62,806 bases of DNA, filler included, from Chrysochromulina tobinii (GCA_001275005.1; 7 parts of 7 records of this genome joined end to end with filler, not necessarily neighbours in it), one strand, 5' to 3'. Numbered from the whole stretch's first letter, positions 32,392 to 43,858 are shown. The notes: generated from the letters alone by a model not told the origin. Program-made: numbers and translations.

Positions 32392-33851
32392 AATCCTGGT
32401 GTTCCCAGAGAAAAGTGGGTGAAACCCCTTTCTGGTAGCCCGGCTGAGAGCACCAATAATTCAACTTTTTGTCCTCCAACCTTTTTCGAGCGCAACGCGC
32501 GCATGCGCGCGCCTCCGCGTCCCGCTGCGGCCGGCTCCAGGCGCGTCGGAGGACGGTGCTGCTCACCAACCATCTCTCCATTTGCCATCGACCTGCGCGC
32601 CCCCTTCGCCGCGCGCCTTGACGCGCGCGCGCTACGGAGGAGATGCGCTCGGACTCCCAAGTCGGGCCAGCTCGTGCCTGCGCAGCACGGATCAAAGGCG
32701 CGGAGTGCGCGCGCGTGCTGTGCAGGTGCGGCGGCGATGGCGCCGACGCAGCGCGCCGCGCGGCGCAACCGGCGCCGAATGTGGTGCTTCGGCCTGCGGC
32801 TTGACACCCACGGATGCGGCGGCGGCGATGGAAGCCACCACTTGTGCTCGACACCGTCGTAATGCGACGGTGTCGAGTGCGTCTTTGCGTTCCCCACGGG
32901 GGCGCGCGCCATCGGGCGCGTCGGTGCACGCAGGTTCGACGCCGCCGGCGTCTCCAACGCCGCCCCGACGGGCACGGTAGCAAAAGGAAGCGTCGGCGCA
33001 TTGCAAGGCGATGTGGGACGGCGTCCGAGCAGAACCGGGGGAGGCGACGACGGCGCGATTGTCTCCACGCGCCGCGCCCCGCCACCTAGTCTCCACGCGC
33101 CGCGCCCCGCCATCGTCGCCTCCCCGCCTGGTGCGTGATGCGTAACCCACAGAGGCTGCTGCCTCGCACCGATGCCGGCGCGGCTGCGGCGTGCGCCGCA
33201 GGCATGCGCCCGCCGCCGACCCGCCCGGCTGCGTGGGAGGCGTCCGTAGGTGGCGTCCGCGGTGTCCGCTGACCGGGTCCGGGTGCGTGTGTTCCGCGGG
33301 CTTTTTCGAGCGCGAGCGCGGGGGTTGAGTTCCGCGGCTTCTTCGAGCGCGCGCGACGCGCCGCGGGAGAGGGGACGAGTACGTGGTTCGTGTGACGTGA
33401 GACGTGACCGGTCGTGTTACTTCTGAAATTGACTCTAAAATAGAGTTGGGAATGAACCGACACAGCGCCGCTCGATGGAACACCAGCCCCTTGGCCTTGG
33501 CCCCCTAATGAAAACCGCACTTGCGCTTTCTAATTATCGACAAGTAAAGGTGCACTTGAATGCTAAATGATTCTCATCACAAACAATTACTGTACCCTAC
33601 TCGTAGCGGTTGTTCCGTCCCCGCCCAATAGGCGTCGACGAAACCAGTCGCCTCGTGGGAGGCACGCGGCGCGTATCTTAATGACTAAACTCACCGAGTC
33701 AAACTTAGAATTGACAAGCTCAGGCGTGAAATATTTCTTTTTGGCCTGCACCCTTTCGCGACTCGCGCGCGGCCCCCACGCTGCTCCTCAGCTCGATTTG
33801 GGGCACGTGCACGGGGGCTGCTTCGAGGCGGCACAAGTTGGACGCTCCGTC

Positions 33852-34742
33852 ATGCCCGTGACCATGAAGGTCTCGCCCAGGAACTCGGGCACGCCCCAGC
33901 CAAAGTCATCATCCCAAATGATCCTCGCCACGGTCAAGGACATTCAAGGCCGCCCGCGCTCGCCTGACTCCCGAGCGCTCATCACCCGATCGCCGCAGCG
34001 GGATGGCATCGGAGCGATGCGCGATTTCATCGCCAGGCGGACCGCCGAGCAAATTAGGCAGGGGAACCTCGAGCACAGTGCGAAACTGGCCTCGTGCAAG
34101 CCCGTGGTTGACTCGGTGATGGACACCGAGATTGCGGCGGTCGCCCGCGGTGAGCTTGCAAAGGCGTCAGCCGCACGGCGCGCTGAGGAGGAGGCCAAGC
34201 GCAAGGCAGCTGCGAGGGATTACTACTCGCGCCTCCGGACGGTCCGCAGCAACACAGACACTCTGATGGACACCGAGGCGGCGGCGATTGCCAGGAGTCA
34301 GATGGCCGCAATGTCGAGGGCGCGCAGGGCGGCGGAGGCGGAGGAGATCCGGAGGGAGAATTCGGCGATGAAGGAGAGGATCAGGAACGTCGTGTCGTTG
34401 ACCGACGTCGACATCAGCGACGAGGTGGCGGGCGAGGCGCGTGAGATGAAGGCGGCCGAGAGCATGGCGCGGCGCCAAGCCCAGATTGAGAAGATCAAGG
34501 TGGAGAACGAGGCGATCCGGCAGCGGCTTGCGAACGCCAAGGCGGTGACTGACGACGACGTGTTGGACGACGTGATGGAGGGCGGCAAGGCGGTCGGTGC
34601 GGCGCGTATCGCCATGTCCGCGGATTCGAAGGCACGGAAGGCCCAGGCCGCGCAACAACTCAACTCTGAGAACAAGGAGTTGACCAGGCGGATTGCCAAT
34701 ACCACCTCCAAGACGGACGATGGCGACGGGAATCAATTTTGA
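33852..34742 (+). CDS. Coiled-coil protein with ~45-50-aa DxxDxExAxxAR...SxARR repeats
   Basis: Four similar helical repeats (DSVMDTEIAAVAR, DTLMDTEAAAIAR, DVDISDEVAGEAR, DDDVLDD...AAR); GC3-rich from ATG 33852. Confidence 0.75.
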   Translation: MPVTMKVSPRNSGTPQPKSSSQMILATVKDIQGRPRSPDSRALITRSPQRDGIGAMRDFIARRTAEQIRQGNLEHSAKLASCKPVVDSVMDTEIAAVARGELAKASAARRAEEEAKRKAAARDYYSRLRTVRSNTDTLMDTEAAAIARSQMAAMSRARRAAEAEEIRRENSAMKERIRNVVSLTDVDISDEVAGEAREMKAAESMARRQAQIEKIKVENEAIRQRLANAKAVTDDDVLDDVMEGGKAVGAARIAMSADSKARKAQAAQQLNSENKELTRRIANTTSKTDDGDGNQF

Positions 34743-35582
34743 TCGAGCGCAACAAGGCGGGGGTTGGAGCCATATGGAGCCAGCCAGCCAACACCAGGGC
34801 AAGCATCTCCGAAGCAAACAGGCCCTCGGGCCATTTGCACTGGCCGCCGTGCAACTTTTGATGTGATCTCTCATCTCTGATCGGATGAATGATTGAATGT
34901 GAACGTGACGTCCCATCGTACAAGCGAAGAGTCTAGCTCATCGCATCGGTGGGGGACCACGCGAGCCAGTCCGAGAGAACATGAGCACGAATAGCGGCAA
35001 GCCGGCACTGATGAGATTCAATTCGAGTTCATGTTACAAGACGTCATCTCACAGCATCCGATCGGAGAGTTTCAGTTTGGGCCCAGGAATAAAGGACGCA
35101 TGTTTTTGCTGATCATCATCATAAATGGCTGAGGCCTGAGCGATTATGGTTATGTGCAACACAGCACACTCGTGAGACTCGTCCACACCTTGCGTCCACA
35201 TTACCTGCCTTGCCCGCCTTGCCCATGTGCCAGAACCTGCCACGCCAGTGTAGAGTGCATGGTAGAGTGTTCCAGTCACCAGTGCGCAGCGCAGTGCCCA
35301 CGTCGGAGACCGATCATGGGTTGTCCAAATCGGACAGTCTCAAGGCACCTGTCTTTCCTGATTTCTTGGATTGCCTTTGAGGACGCTGCGGACGGACGCC
35401 GATACGAAAGTGTGAAAGGGCTCTTGAGTGTGTGGGAAAGCGCGTCGCGTCGTGTGTTCAAACGCGCAAAAATGGTTTGCGGCGATTTCGTTCGCCTCGT
35501 GCCGAGCGGAGCGTTCGGCACACTCAATCATGGGACATGCTCGCAGCGCCACTCGGACACCGGCGAACCTCGATCCTTGGGG

Positions 35583-38433
35583 ATGAGCGTGCTCCTCTTG
35601 CCGTGGCGCATCTTCCGCGTCCTCGTCGACGCGACGGTCATGACGGAGCTCCCCGTGTTGATCTGTCGGATGTATGCCCTCTCGAATGGGTTCGTCACGT
35701 CACCGACCTGCCAGAAGGAAGGCTCTCCCGGCGCTCGCTTCGCGTGCCAGCTCGATCGCTCTCTCGCTGTGGCAACGGTCGCCAGTGCTGTCCTCCTCAG
35801 CCTCCATGCCACGCTGAGCCTCGCCTCGGGCAGGTGGCGGCAGCACCGCGCCGCACTCGAAGTCGGGTCGTGGCGCAATCTGTTGACGCTGCTGGCGGAA
35901 GCGCTGATCCGGACGGCGCTTCCCGTCTTCATGGCCTGCGTACTATCGGACCCGGTTTCGTCAATTTCGTCGATCCGCGTGTGCTCGGGCTGCCATCGTC
36001 ACGCCGCGCAGCTCGCTGCAACCGCTGCGGGCGTCGTCATTGGCTTGAAGCTGCTCTCTTGGCTGGTAATGCGCGCTCCGATGCAGTGCGCGGCCATCGT
36101 CCTGCTGGCCGCGCTCGGCGACGAGATGCTTGTCCGCGTGCAGCTGCGCCGCGCCGAAGCTCAGCTCCAGTTGGCGTTGCATGCAATGCTCTCGCCGGAG
36201 GTGCCGATCTGTTTGGCCTCTGAATGCCTCTGAATTCCTCTGATTGCCTCTGATTGCATGCAATGCTCTCGCCGGAGGTGCCGATCTGTTTGGCCTCTAA
36301 GTGCCTTTGAGTGCCTATCTGATGACCTCTGAGTGCCTCCCTAATGACCTCTGAGTGCCTCCCTAATGGCATCCTAATGACCTCTGAGTGCCTCCCTAAT
36401 GACATCCTAATGATCTCTGAGTGCCTCCCTAATCAGCATTTGATGCATCCGCTCGACCGGCGTGAGGACGGCTCGGCGCTCCACCTGATCGATCTCGCCT
36501 CGGCCGAGCTCAACGAGATTCGTCAGATCTCGCCGAGCTGCATGGCGACACTACGTGTACCGGTACCGCCACAATTGGAGGCGCGCTGCCACGGCGCCGA
36601 GGTACGCACCTGATGCAATTGAGTGCACCTGATTGCATCTGAGTGCATCTGAGTGCACCTGAGTGCACCTGAGTGAACCTGATTGTGCCTGATTGCGCCT
36701 GATTGCGCCTGATGGCAGGTACGAGCCGAGGTGGAGCGGCTCGAGCAGCTGATTACGGATCATCAGCGTCTTGACGAAACCACCTGCGCCGGGATGCTCG
36801 CCCGAACTGCCGCTGAGCTTTTCCCGCGCTGGCCGAAGACTCTGGTCGATAGAGTCCCGTTTGAATACTGCACGGTGAGCTTGGGGATTGCATGCTGATT
36901 GCCTCCCTCATTGATGGCCCCGTTTGAATACTGCACTGTAACGCACTCGTCCATGCACTCACTGATGAACTCTGATGACGCCCATTAATTGCCTCCCTCA
37001 TCAGGTGACGCACTCGTACACGCACTGTGCGGAGATGCAGGCGGAGCACCTCCGGCGCCGTGGTGAGCCCTTGCATGCGGAGCGCCTCGATCGGCGTGGC
37101 GCCTCCGCAAGCACGTCATCATCAACGTCCTCATCAACGTCCTCATCAACGTCCTCCTCCTCCTCTTCCATGCCGGAGGACACGTCAAGCCTTCGTGTAC
37201 TGTACCTGCTACTGCTCCGTGCTGACGCATACGACCTGTGTGGCTATTCACACCCCCCGGGCCTCTTCACACGAGGGGGCACCCTCGCGAGCGCACTCCT
37301 CTATGCCGTGGCGGAGCTGCCGCAGACGCCGGTAGCGTACCGTGCCCGCGACGGCGCTCTCACTGACGAACTCTGATGACGCCCATTGATTGCCTCCCTC
37401 ATCAAGTATTGATTGCCTCCCTCATCAGGTGGCGTACCGTGCCCGCTTGCGCTCTCTCGGAGCGTTCTCTGCCGCGCGCCTCGAGCTGATCTCGGCCCAC
37501 CGGCAGGTGATCTCGAGCTGATCTCACTGATTGCTACTGATGACCACCCGATGGCCCTCGCGCGCCTCGAGCTGATCTCGAGCTGAAATCTCGAGCTGAT
37601 CTCGGCTGAAATCTCGAGCTGATCTCGGCTCAAATCTCGGCCCGTTGTGCAGCTGAGCCACGGGCGCTGTGGGGACTCGACCGCCCAACTCGACGCGCAC
37701 GTGCTCAGCGCGACCGAGGCGCTGCGCACGCGCCGTGTCGGGCGCGTCACGCTCGCGGCGCACGGGGTGCTCCTCGCGCGCACGCGCTGTGAATTCACAG
37801 GCGAGCACGCGCAGCTCATCGCGGAGCTCCAGGTGCTCATCAATCTCCAGGTGGCAGATTGCGAGATGCACGAGCTGCTCGGAGATTCACAGCAGTCGCT
37901 CGGTGTGAACAAGAACAAGGACAGCTACCTGATGGCGGCCGAGCGCGCGTACGAGAGCGCGTACAAGTACGGGTCGCCCTTGATTACCTTGATCACCCTT
38001 GATTACCTTGAACGAGAGCGCGTACAAGTACGGGTCGCCCTTGATTACCTTGATCACCCTTGATTACCTTGATTACGAGAGCGCGTACAAGTACGGGTCG
38101 CCCTTTGATGGACCTTGATTAGCATTGATTACCATTGATTAAACTTGAGTACCATTGATCACCCTTGATTACCTTGATTACCTACCCTTGATGGGCCCTG
38201 TCTACAGTCCTCGCCCTTGATGAATCTTGATTGCCCTTGATGGCAGGTGCGTGTCGCCCTCGGACATGCTCGGCGCTTGGAGGCTGATGAACCTTGATTG
38301 CCCTTGATGGCAGGTGCGTGTCGCCCTCGGACATGCTCGGCGCTTGGAGGCTGATGAACCTTGATTGCCCTTGATGGCAGGTGCGTGTCGCCCTCGGACA
38401 TGCTCGGCGCTTGGAGGCTGAGGGCGAAGCTCG
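35583..38433 (+). CDS. Membrane protein of unknown function with six repeat-built introns (3' truncated)
   Basis: GT-AG introns at 36201-36436, 36602-36718, 36875-37004, 37332-37428, 37507-37652 and 37967-38380 give one continuous frame (LSPE/HLMHP...HGAE/VRAEV...EYCT/VTHSY...PQTP/VAYRA...AHRQ/LSHGR...AYK/CVSPSDML). Hydrophobic N-terminal exon. Confidence 0.75.
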
Positions 38434-38533
38434 NNNNNNNNNNNNNNNNNNNNNNNNNNNNNNNNNNNNNNNNNNNNTTAATTAATTAANNNNNNNNNNN
38501 NNNNNNNNNNNNNNNNNNNNNNNNNNNNNNNNN

Positions 38534-38842
38534 GATCACGAGGATGACGAAGTAGGCGGCGCCCGGCGCGATCATGGCATACATCCACCAGTCGATGACT
38601 GCTGACGCAACATTGAGGACTCTCGGGTCAAGCATCACCGGCACATCCGTCATGTTGCCGCCCGTCATGTCGCTGTTCGTGAGGTCAACCATATTGGTGA
38701 GGATGCACATGGTCGCATCCTTGAACCCTTTTGAGGCATCGAGCGCTGTTACCGCACAAGCGAGGATGACGCAGGCGCTGAGAAGGGTAAGGAACGACCA
38801 GCATGTGACGTTGAACTTCGAGGGCTTGCAGCAAAGGATCAT
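38534..38842 (-). CDS. 5' fragment of a multi-pass membrane protein
   Basis: MILCCKPSKFNVTCWSFLTLLSACVILAC...WWMYAMIAPGAAYFVILVI, hydrophobic, running into the spacer. Confidence 0.6.
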
Positions 38843-39250
38843 TCGTGTGGACGATGCGGGCGGCCAATAGGGATGGCGGCCACCAACGAACGGCGGCTCA
38901 AAAAAACACGAGCAGACGTGCACGCCTGCTCATTTTCCCGACGTGTCGCGTGTTCTAGGCATACCGCGTGTCCCGTGTGTCCCGTGTGTGCTCCCCCCTG
39001 TGTCTTTTTACCGGTCCCTATATGTGTTGCGCATGCGCCTAGCAGTCGCATGTACTGTACTTAACTCTGGACTCTGTGTTAAGACTCTGTGCATGCGTAC
39101 ATGCACACAGTCTATGCTGGTATAGGCAACATTACTGCAAATGCCTCCGCTGGAGGCAGGAACTGTGGCTACTGCTGGTATCGAGTGCGAAGGCCCCGCT
39201 GAGAGAACATCTTTGAGCTCAACGAATGGGGCAATGGGTCGTGTCACGTG

Positions 39251-42200
39251 TCAGAGACGTTGGCGTGTCGAGCCCGTTCCCTTGGTGCTCGGGCGTGTAC
39301 TACTCTTGGCCTGAGCCTTGCCCTTGGGACTCTTCGAGTTGCGCTTGGGACTTGCCAGCCGCGGTGCGGTGCGGTGCGGTGGCGGCCCTGCCACAATGGG
39401 TGAAGCCACCTTGGGCGATCCGGGCCGCGGCGATGCTGCGCGAGGGCGGCGGCCCCAACTCGATGAGGCCACGAACGGGGTGGACTTGACAGCTGGCTCG
39501 ACTTTGGAGGACGAGCCGGCGGTCCCCTCGACATGTGCGAGTACCGCCGCCCGCGCGGCCGCTGCCCCTGCCCCTGCCACCCTCGCATCAAAGGTGTCGT
39601 CGATGGTCGAGGCTATCCGGCTGTCAACCTTGGTAGCCACCCTGGCAGCCGCTTTCATGGCCGCGGGCTCGGTGGCGCTGCTGGCCGCGAGGACGCTGCT
39701 GGTGGCGCGGGGTGGCCACTGCATCGGCTGCGGGCGCCGCCATGGCGACGTCTCGGCGAGATCACTCGAGATCTTCGCGGCAGCGCTCTGCTGGCTCGGC
39801 AGGTCAAAACGGGAGGGAAAGGCAAGGGCGGCGGCGGTGGGGAATAGCGCGGGCGAGGGCACGGAGAACAATGGCGAGGGCGCGCTGGGCGGTGACGCCA
39901 CCACCACCACCTCGATCGGTGCCGCCGGTTTGGGCCGATTCTTGCGCGGGGGTGGCGAGGGTGGGTTTGAGTAGTCGAGCAGGGGAAGCGGCAGCGGCTG
40001 CGAGGGCGGCGGTGCTCGTGCGTGCCGAGGGGACGGCGGGCTCGGCGGCGCGAAGCTAATGAGGAGATGGCCATCCTCGCCCGCGACGGAGCACGTGGCA
40101 CCCGCAGCGGCGTTGGCGACGGCCGTGGCGGCGGCGGCGACGTGCTCAACCCGGGCAAGCTGCTCGTGCAGCATCACATCCCGCTGGCGCTTCTCGCTTG
40201 CCTTCTGGCGAAGCAGGTCCACTTCCGCACGCAGCCTGCGCAGCTCGTCCTTGAGCGGCGCGGCGCGTGCACGCTCCTCAGACAGCGCCGCCTCGGTCTC
40301 GGACAGCGCCGCCTCCGAGGCATGCAGCGACGCCTCGAGGAACTGCGCCTTCCAGACCGCGGCGGCGCCGGGCGGACCGTTGGGCGGTGCCGCGGGAAGG
40401 TGCGACATTTTGGCGTCCGCGAGCTGCCGCTGCAGCTGGCGCTTCTCCTGCTCGTGGCTCTGCTTCGTCAACTCGAGCTCGGACTGCAGCTCCGAGACCT
40501 CGCGCGAGCTCGGCGACCTCGGCGGCGGAGATGGCGGCGGCAGCAGCAGCGGCGGCGGGCGCGGCAGCGCCTCCTTCTCAGCGAGCTCACGCAGCGCTCC
40601 GACTTGCTCGCGCAGCGCGCCGAGCTCACTGGGCGCAATCTCAAGCTCCAGGGCCGCCTTGCGCAGCTGCTGGCGCAGCGACTCGGTGCGTTTCAGGAGC
40701 GACTCGGTTTCGGTCGAGGGCCCTCGCCGATGCGCCTCGGCTGCGTCGAGAGCCCGCTTGTGCCTGCGCGCCTGCTCATCCGCGGCCAGCCGCGTCTTTT
40801 CGAGCGCGGCCTGGGCGTCCTGAAGGCGCGTGCCCAGGAGCAGCTGCTGCCGCGTCGCCTCGGCAGCATGTGCGGCCGCCGCGTCGGCACGCGCACGAGC
40901 CGAGGCGAGTAACCCCTCGGTCGCACGCAGCTCGAGCCCCACGGCCTCGAGCGCCGTGTTGAGCACCGCCTCGCCCGCCGCGCGCTCCGCGAGGAGAAAG
41001 GAACGCCCCTCGGCCACGGCTGCCTCCGCCACGGCTGCCTGCTGCCTCGCCACCGCCAGCGCCGTGCGCAACCCTCTAGCCTCCGCCAGAGCGGCCTCAA
41101 CGGCTTCCGCTGTGGCCGCGGTCGTCGCCCCCAAAGAGACTTGCCGTTCGGCGGCTGCCTTTGCCGCGGCGGCACTCGCGCTCTCTTCTGATGCCCGCAG
41201 CGCGCGCACGGCGTCGGCGGCCGCCTGCTCGGCCACGGCAGCTCGTCTTTCGACCTCAACTCTCTGAGCGGCGGCTGCGCGCCCCCCCTCCTCGAGCTCC
41301 GCCGCCCTGGAGATCGCAACCTCGGCCTTGGAGATCGCAACCTCGGCCTTTGAGGTCGCCATCTCGGCCGCGCGCTGTGCTGCGGCGCTGCGCGCCTTCT
41401 CCGCGCTCGCCTCCGCTTTGGCCTCCGCCGCCTGCGCCTCCGCCGCCTCGAGCGCAGCCAGCGCGTCAGCCAGCTGCCGGCGAGCCGCCAGCGCGTTGAG
41501 CGCGCTAGCTTGCGCGCTCTGCTCGGCCGCCATCCGCAGTGCTGTCTCCGCCTCGGCGGCCGCCGCCGCATCGCGGGCCATCTGCATCGCGAGCGCCGCG
41601 GTCTCCTTTTGCTGCTCGAGCTGCTCCTCGACGCCGCGGCGCATTGCCGCCTCTCGTGCCTCCGCGGCCGCGGCCGCCGCCTCCGCCGCTGCGCTCGATT
41701 CGACGCGAGCAGCAGCCTCGGCAAAGCTGGCGGCGCGGGAAGCCATCTCGCTCGATCCCTCGCCCGACGCCAACCGCATCTGCTCAACGGCCGCCTGCTT
41801 GAACCGGGCGAGCTCCGCCTCCTTGTGCGCCACCGCCTCGCGCGCCGCTGCCACCTCGGCCCGCGCGACACTCAGTGCGTCCGCGGCCGCCGTGGCCCGC
41901 CGCCGCTCCTCGGCCACGGCCTGGCCCGCCGCCGCCTGCGCCTCGGTGGCCCGTTTCCGACGCTCGCGCTCCTCGGCGTCGCGTTGTGCCGAGCGCTCCT
42001 CGAGCTGCTGCTGAAGGCGAGCCGCCTCGGCTTCAAGCTCCGCTGTCCTTGAGATCGCAACCTCGGCCGCTCGCTGTGCTGCGGCGCTGCGCGCCTTCTC
42101 CGCCTCTAGCTCCGTGCGTGCCTGCGCGGCCTGCGCCCGAGCCAGCGCTTGCCCATCCAGCTCGGCGGCCTCTGTGGCTGCGGCGATGGCTTGGCGTGCC

Positions 42201-43618
42201 TCCCCTGCCTGACGCTGCGCCGTCTCGAGCGCCTCACGTACTTGCTCGAGCTCTTCGGCCAGCTCCGCCGCCATCGTGCGCGCAGCGTCCGCCTCCGCCC
42301 TCGCTGCGTCCGCCTCTGCCCGCGCCTCTGCCCGCGCTTCTGCCTCTGACTCGTCGACCTCCCCGGCAGCCACCTCGTCGGACAGCCACCGCCTAGCCTC
42401 GGCAGCGCGCTCGGCGGCAGCGCGCTCGGCCAGCTCGGCAGCGCGCTCGGCGGCGCGCTCGGCGGCGGCGCGCTCGGCGGCCACGCGCTCCCCCATGCGC
42501 TCCGCCGTCTCCGCGGACGCCTCCACGCGTGCCCGTAGGACCGCGGCGGCCATCTCACGAGATTTCGCCTCCAATTCGGCGGCCGCGGCCTTCGCCTTCG
42601 CCTCCATCTCAGCGGCCGTGGCCTTCGCCTTCTCCTCAGCATGTAGGCGCGCGGCCTCGGCCACCTCGGCTCGAGTACGAACATCCGTCAGTAGCGCCTG
42701 GGCAGCCGCGAGCTGGGCGGAGGCGAGCTGTGCGGCGGCGAGCTGCGTCGCGGCTCGACTCCTCTCGTTCGCAAGAGCACGCTCGGCATCTCGGAGTGCA
42801 TCCTCCGTCGCAAAGCGCGCGCGCACCGCCTCGTCGCGGGAGCCCTCCGCCGCCGCCTGTGCGATCGCCGCGCGCCGCGCCCGCTCCTCTGCGATCAGGG
42901 CGTCCGCATCGCGCGATGGAGGTGGCGGCGGCGGTGCGATGCCAAGCGCGTCGAAGAGCTCCTTCGCCTCCCCGACCCCCGCGACGATCGACCCGAGACC
43001 TATCGACCCGATTCGGGCGAATGGAGCGGTGGCGGCCGCGAGGCGTTCATCGCGCGCCACTGGGCCCGAGGACGACTCGCTGAAGCCGCCGACCATGAAG
43101 CCGTCGCCCTTGGTGCCGCCCAAGGACTTCGACGCCTCGTGTGCACCTGGCGGTGGCGCTGTCGACGCGGTGGCGGCAGCCGCCAGAGCTGGTTCGCCCG
43201 GTGAGCGAGGGCTCGTGATAGAATCATAGTCCGACTCGTCATCGTCCGGCAGCGACTCGTCGTCTTCGATCTCGGAGGGTGAGGAGCACGTCCCATGCTC
43301 TGAGGGCGCCGCTAGCAGGTCAAGTTGGTCAAGCGGCGTCAAAAGCAGCGCCGAGCGAGCCGGCGGCCGGTGCTGCGGTTTGCGGCTGATGTAAGTGGCA
43401 TTCAGCTCGGCTGGCTTGGTGACCCACTTGTTATGAGCGGCCATGAGCGAGGATTTCATCTGCGGCCGCTTGAGCGCATCCAGTTCCGAGCCCGAGAGGA
43501 CGCCAAGCTTGGCCTGAAGCTCCCAGCTTTGCTGCTGCTGAAGTAACCTCAGCTGATCCATCTCGGCCATGAGCGCGAGGATCGTCGCGTCGTCTGGCGG
43601 TCGAGGTGGCGACGCCAT
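39251..43618 (-). CDS. Long Ala/Glu/Arg-rich coiled-coil protein with Pro-rich C-terminus
   Basis: Uninterrupted ORF from ATG 43618; heptad-like AEA/ERA tracts. Confidence 0.8.
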   Translation of the reverse strand: MASPPRPPDDATILALMAEMDQLRLLQQQQSWELQAKLGVLSGSELDALKRPQMKSSLMAAHNKWVTKPAELNATYISRKPQHRPPARSALLLTPLDQLDLLAAPSEHGTCSSPSEIEDDESLPDDDESDYDSITSPRSPGEPALAAAATASTAPPPGAHEASKSLGGTKGDGFMVGGFSESSSGPVARDERLAAATAPFARIGSIGLGSIVAGVGEAKELFDALGIAPPPPPPSRDADALIAEERARRAAIAQAAAEGSRDEAVRARFATEDALRDAERALANERSRAATQLAAAQLASAQLAAAQALLTDVRTRAEVAEAARLHAEEKAKATAAEMEAKAKAAAAELEAKSREMAAAVLRARVEASAETAERMGERVAAERAAAERAAERAAELAERAAAERAAEARRWLSDEVAAGEVDESEAEARAEARAEADAARAEADAARTMAAELAEELEQVREALETAQRQAGEARQAIAAATEAAELDGQALARAQAAQARTELEAEKARSAAAQRAAEVAISRTAELEAEAARLQQQLEERSAQRDAEERERRKRATEAQAAAGQAVAEERRRATAAADALSVARAEVAAAREAVAHKEAELARFKQAAVEQMRLASGEGSSEMASRAASFAEAAARVESSAAAEAAAAAAEAREAAMRRGVEEQLEQQKETAALAMQMARDAAAAAEAETALRMAAEQSAQASALNALAARRQLADALAALEAAEAQAAEAKAEASAEKARSAAAQRAAEMATSKAEVAISKAEVAISRAAELEEGGRAAAAQRVEVERRAAVAEQAAADAVRALRASEESASAAAAKAAAERQVSLGATTAATAEAVEAALAEARGLRTALAVARQQAAVAEAAVAEGRSFLLAERAAGEAVLNTALEAVGLELRATEGLLASARARADAAAAHAAEATRQQLLLGTRLQDAQAALEKTRLAADEQARRHKRALDAAEAHRRGPSTETESLLKRTESLRQQLRKAALELEIAPSELGALREQVGALRELAEKEALPRPPPLLLPPPSPPPRSPSSREVSELQSELELTKQSHEQEKRQLQRQLADAKMSHLPAAPPNGPPGAAAVWKAQFLEASLHASEAALSETEAALSEERARAAPLKDELRRLRAEVDLLRQKASEKRQRDVMLHEQLARVEHVAAAATAVANAAAGATCSVAGEDGHLLISFAPPSPPSPRHARAPPPSQPLPLPLLDYSNPPSPPPRKNRPKPAAPIEVVVVASPPSAPSPLFSVPSPALFPTAAALAFPSRFDLPSQQSAAAKISSDLAETSPWRRPQPMQWPPRATSSVLAASSATEPAAMKAAARVATKVDSRIASTIDDTFDARVAGAGAAAARAAVLAHVEGTAGSSSKVEPAVKSTPFVASSSWGRRPRAASPRPGSPKVASPIVAGPPPHRTAPRLASPKRNSKSPKGKAQAKSSTRPSTKGTGSTRQRL

Positions 43619-43858
43619 CGCGCGCCCCTGCAGCCGACGACCAAAAGTGGACGGATCCGGCTTCGACGTGCCCAGGGAGACGCGTTCGTAGCAAATGGTT
43701 GGCTGACGTCTGCACAATTCATACAAGATTGGCAAACGAACTCTAGCCGCGCCAACTTTTGGGGCCACCGCAAGGCGTCGTATCGATCACCCGGGCGTCG
43801 ATAACACGTGTAGTGAACGCACGCGTCGTCCACGGCGTTGGCCATACCGTGTTGCGCC

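Noticed and set aside
30958..33520. 634-aa + ORF and the Arg-rich ORFs at 32312-33520
   Set aside because: These are antisense or GC-driven open frames with no recognisable motifs; 32400-33500 looks like GC-rich non-coding DNA with a short 24-bp duplication.
39318..43229. Multiple + strand ORFs opposite the coiled-coil gene
   Set aside because: Shadow frames caused by high GC and Ala/Arg codon symmetry.
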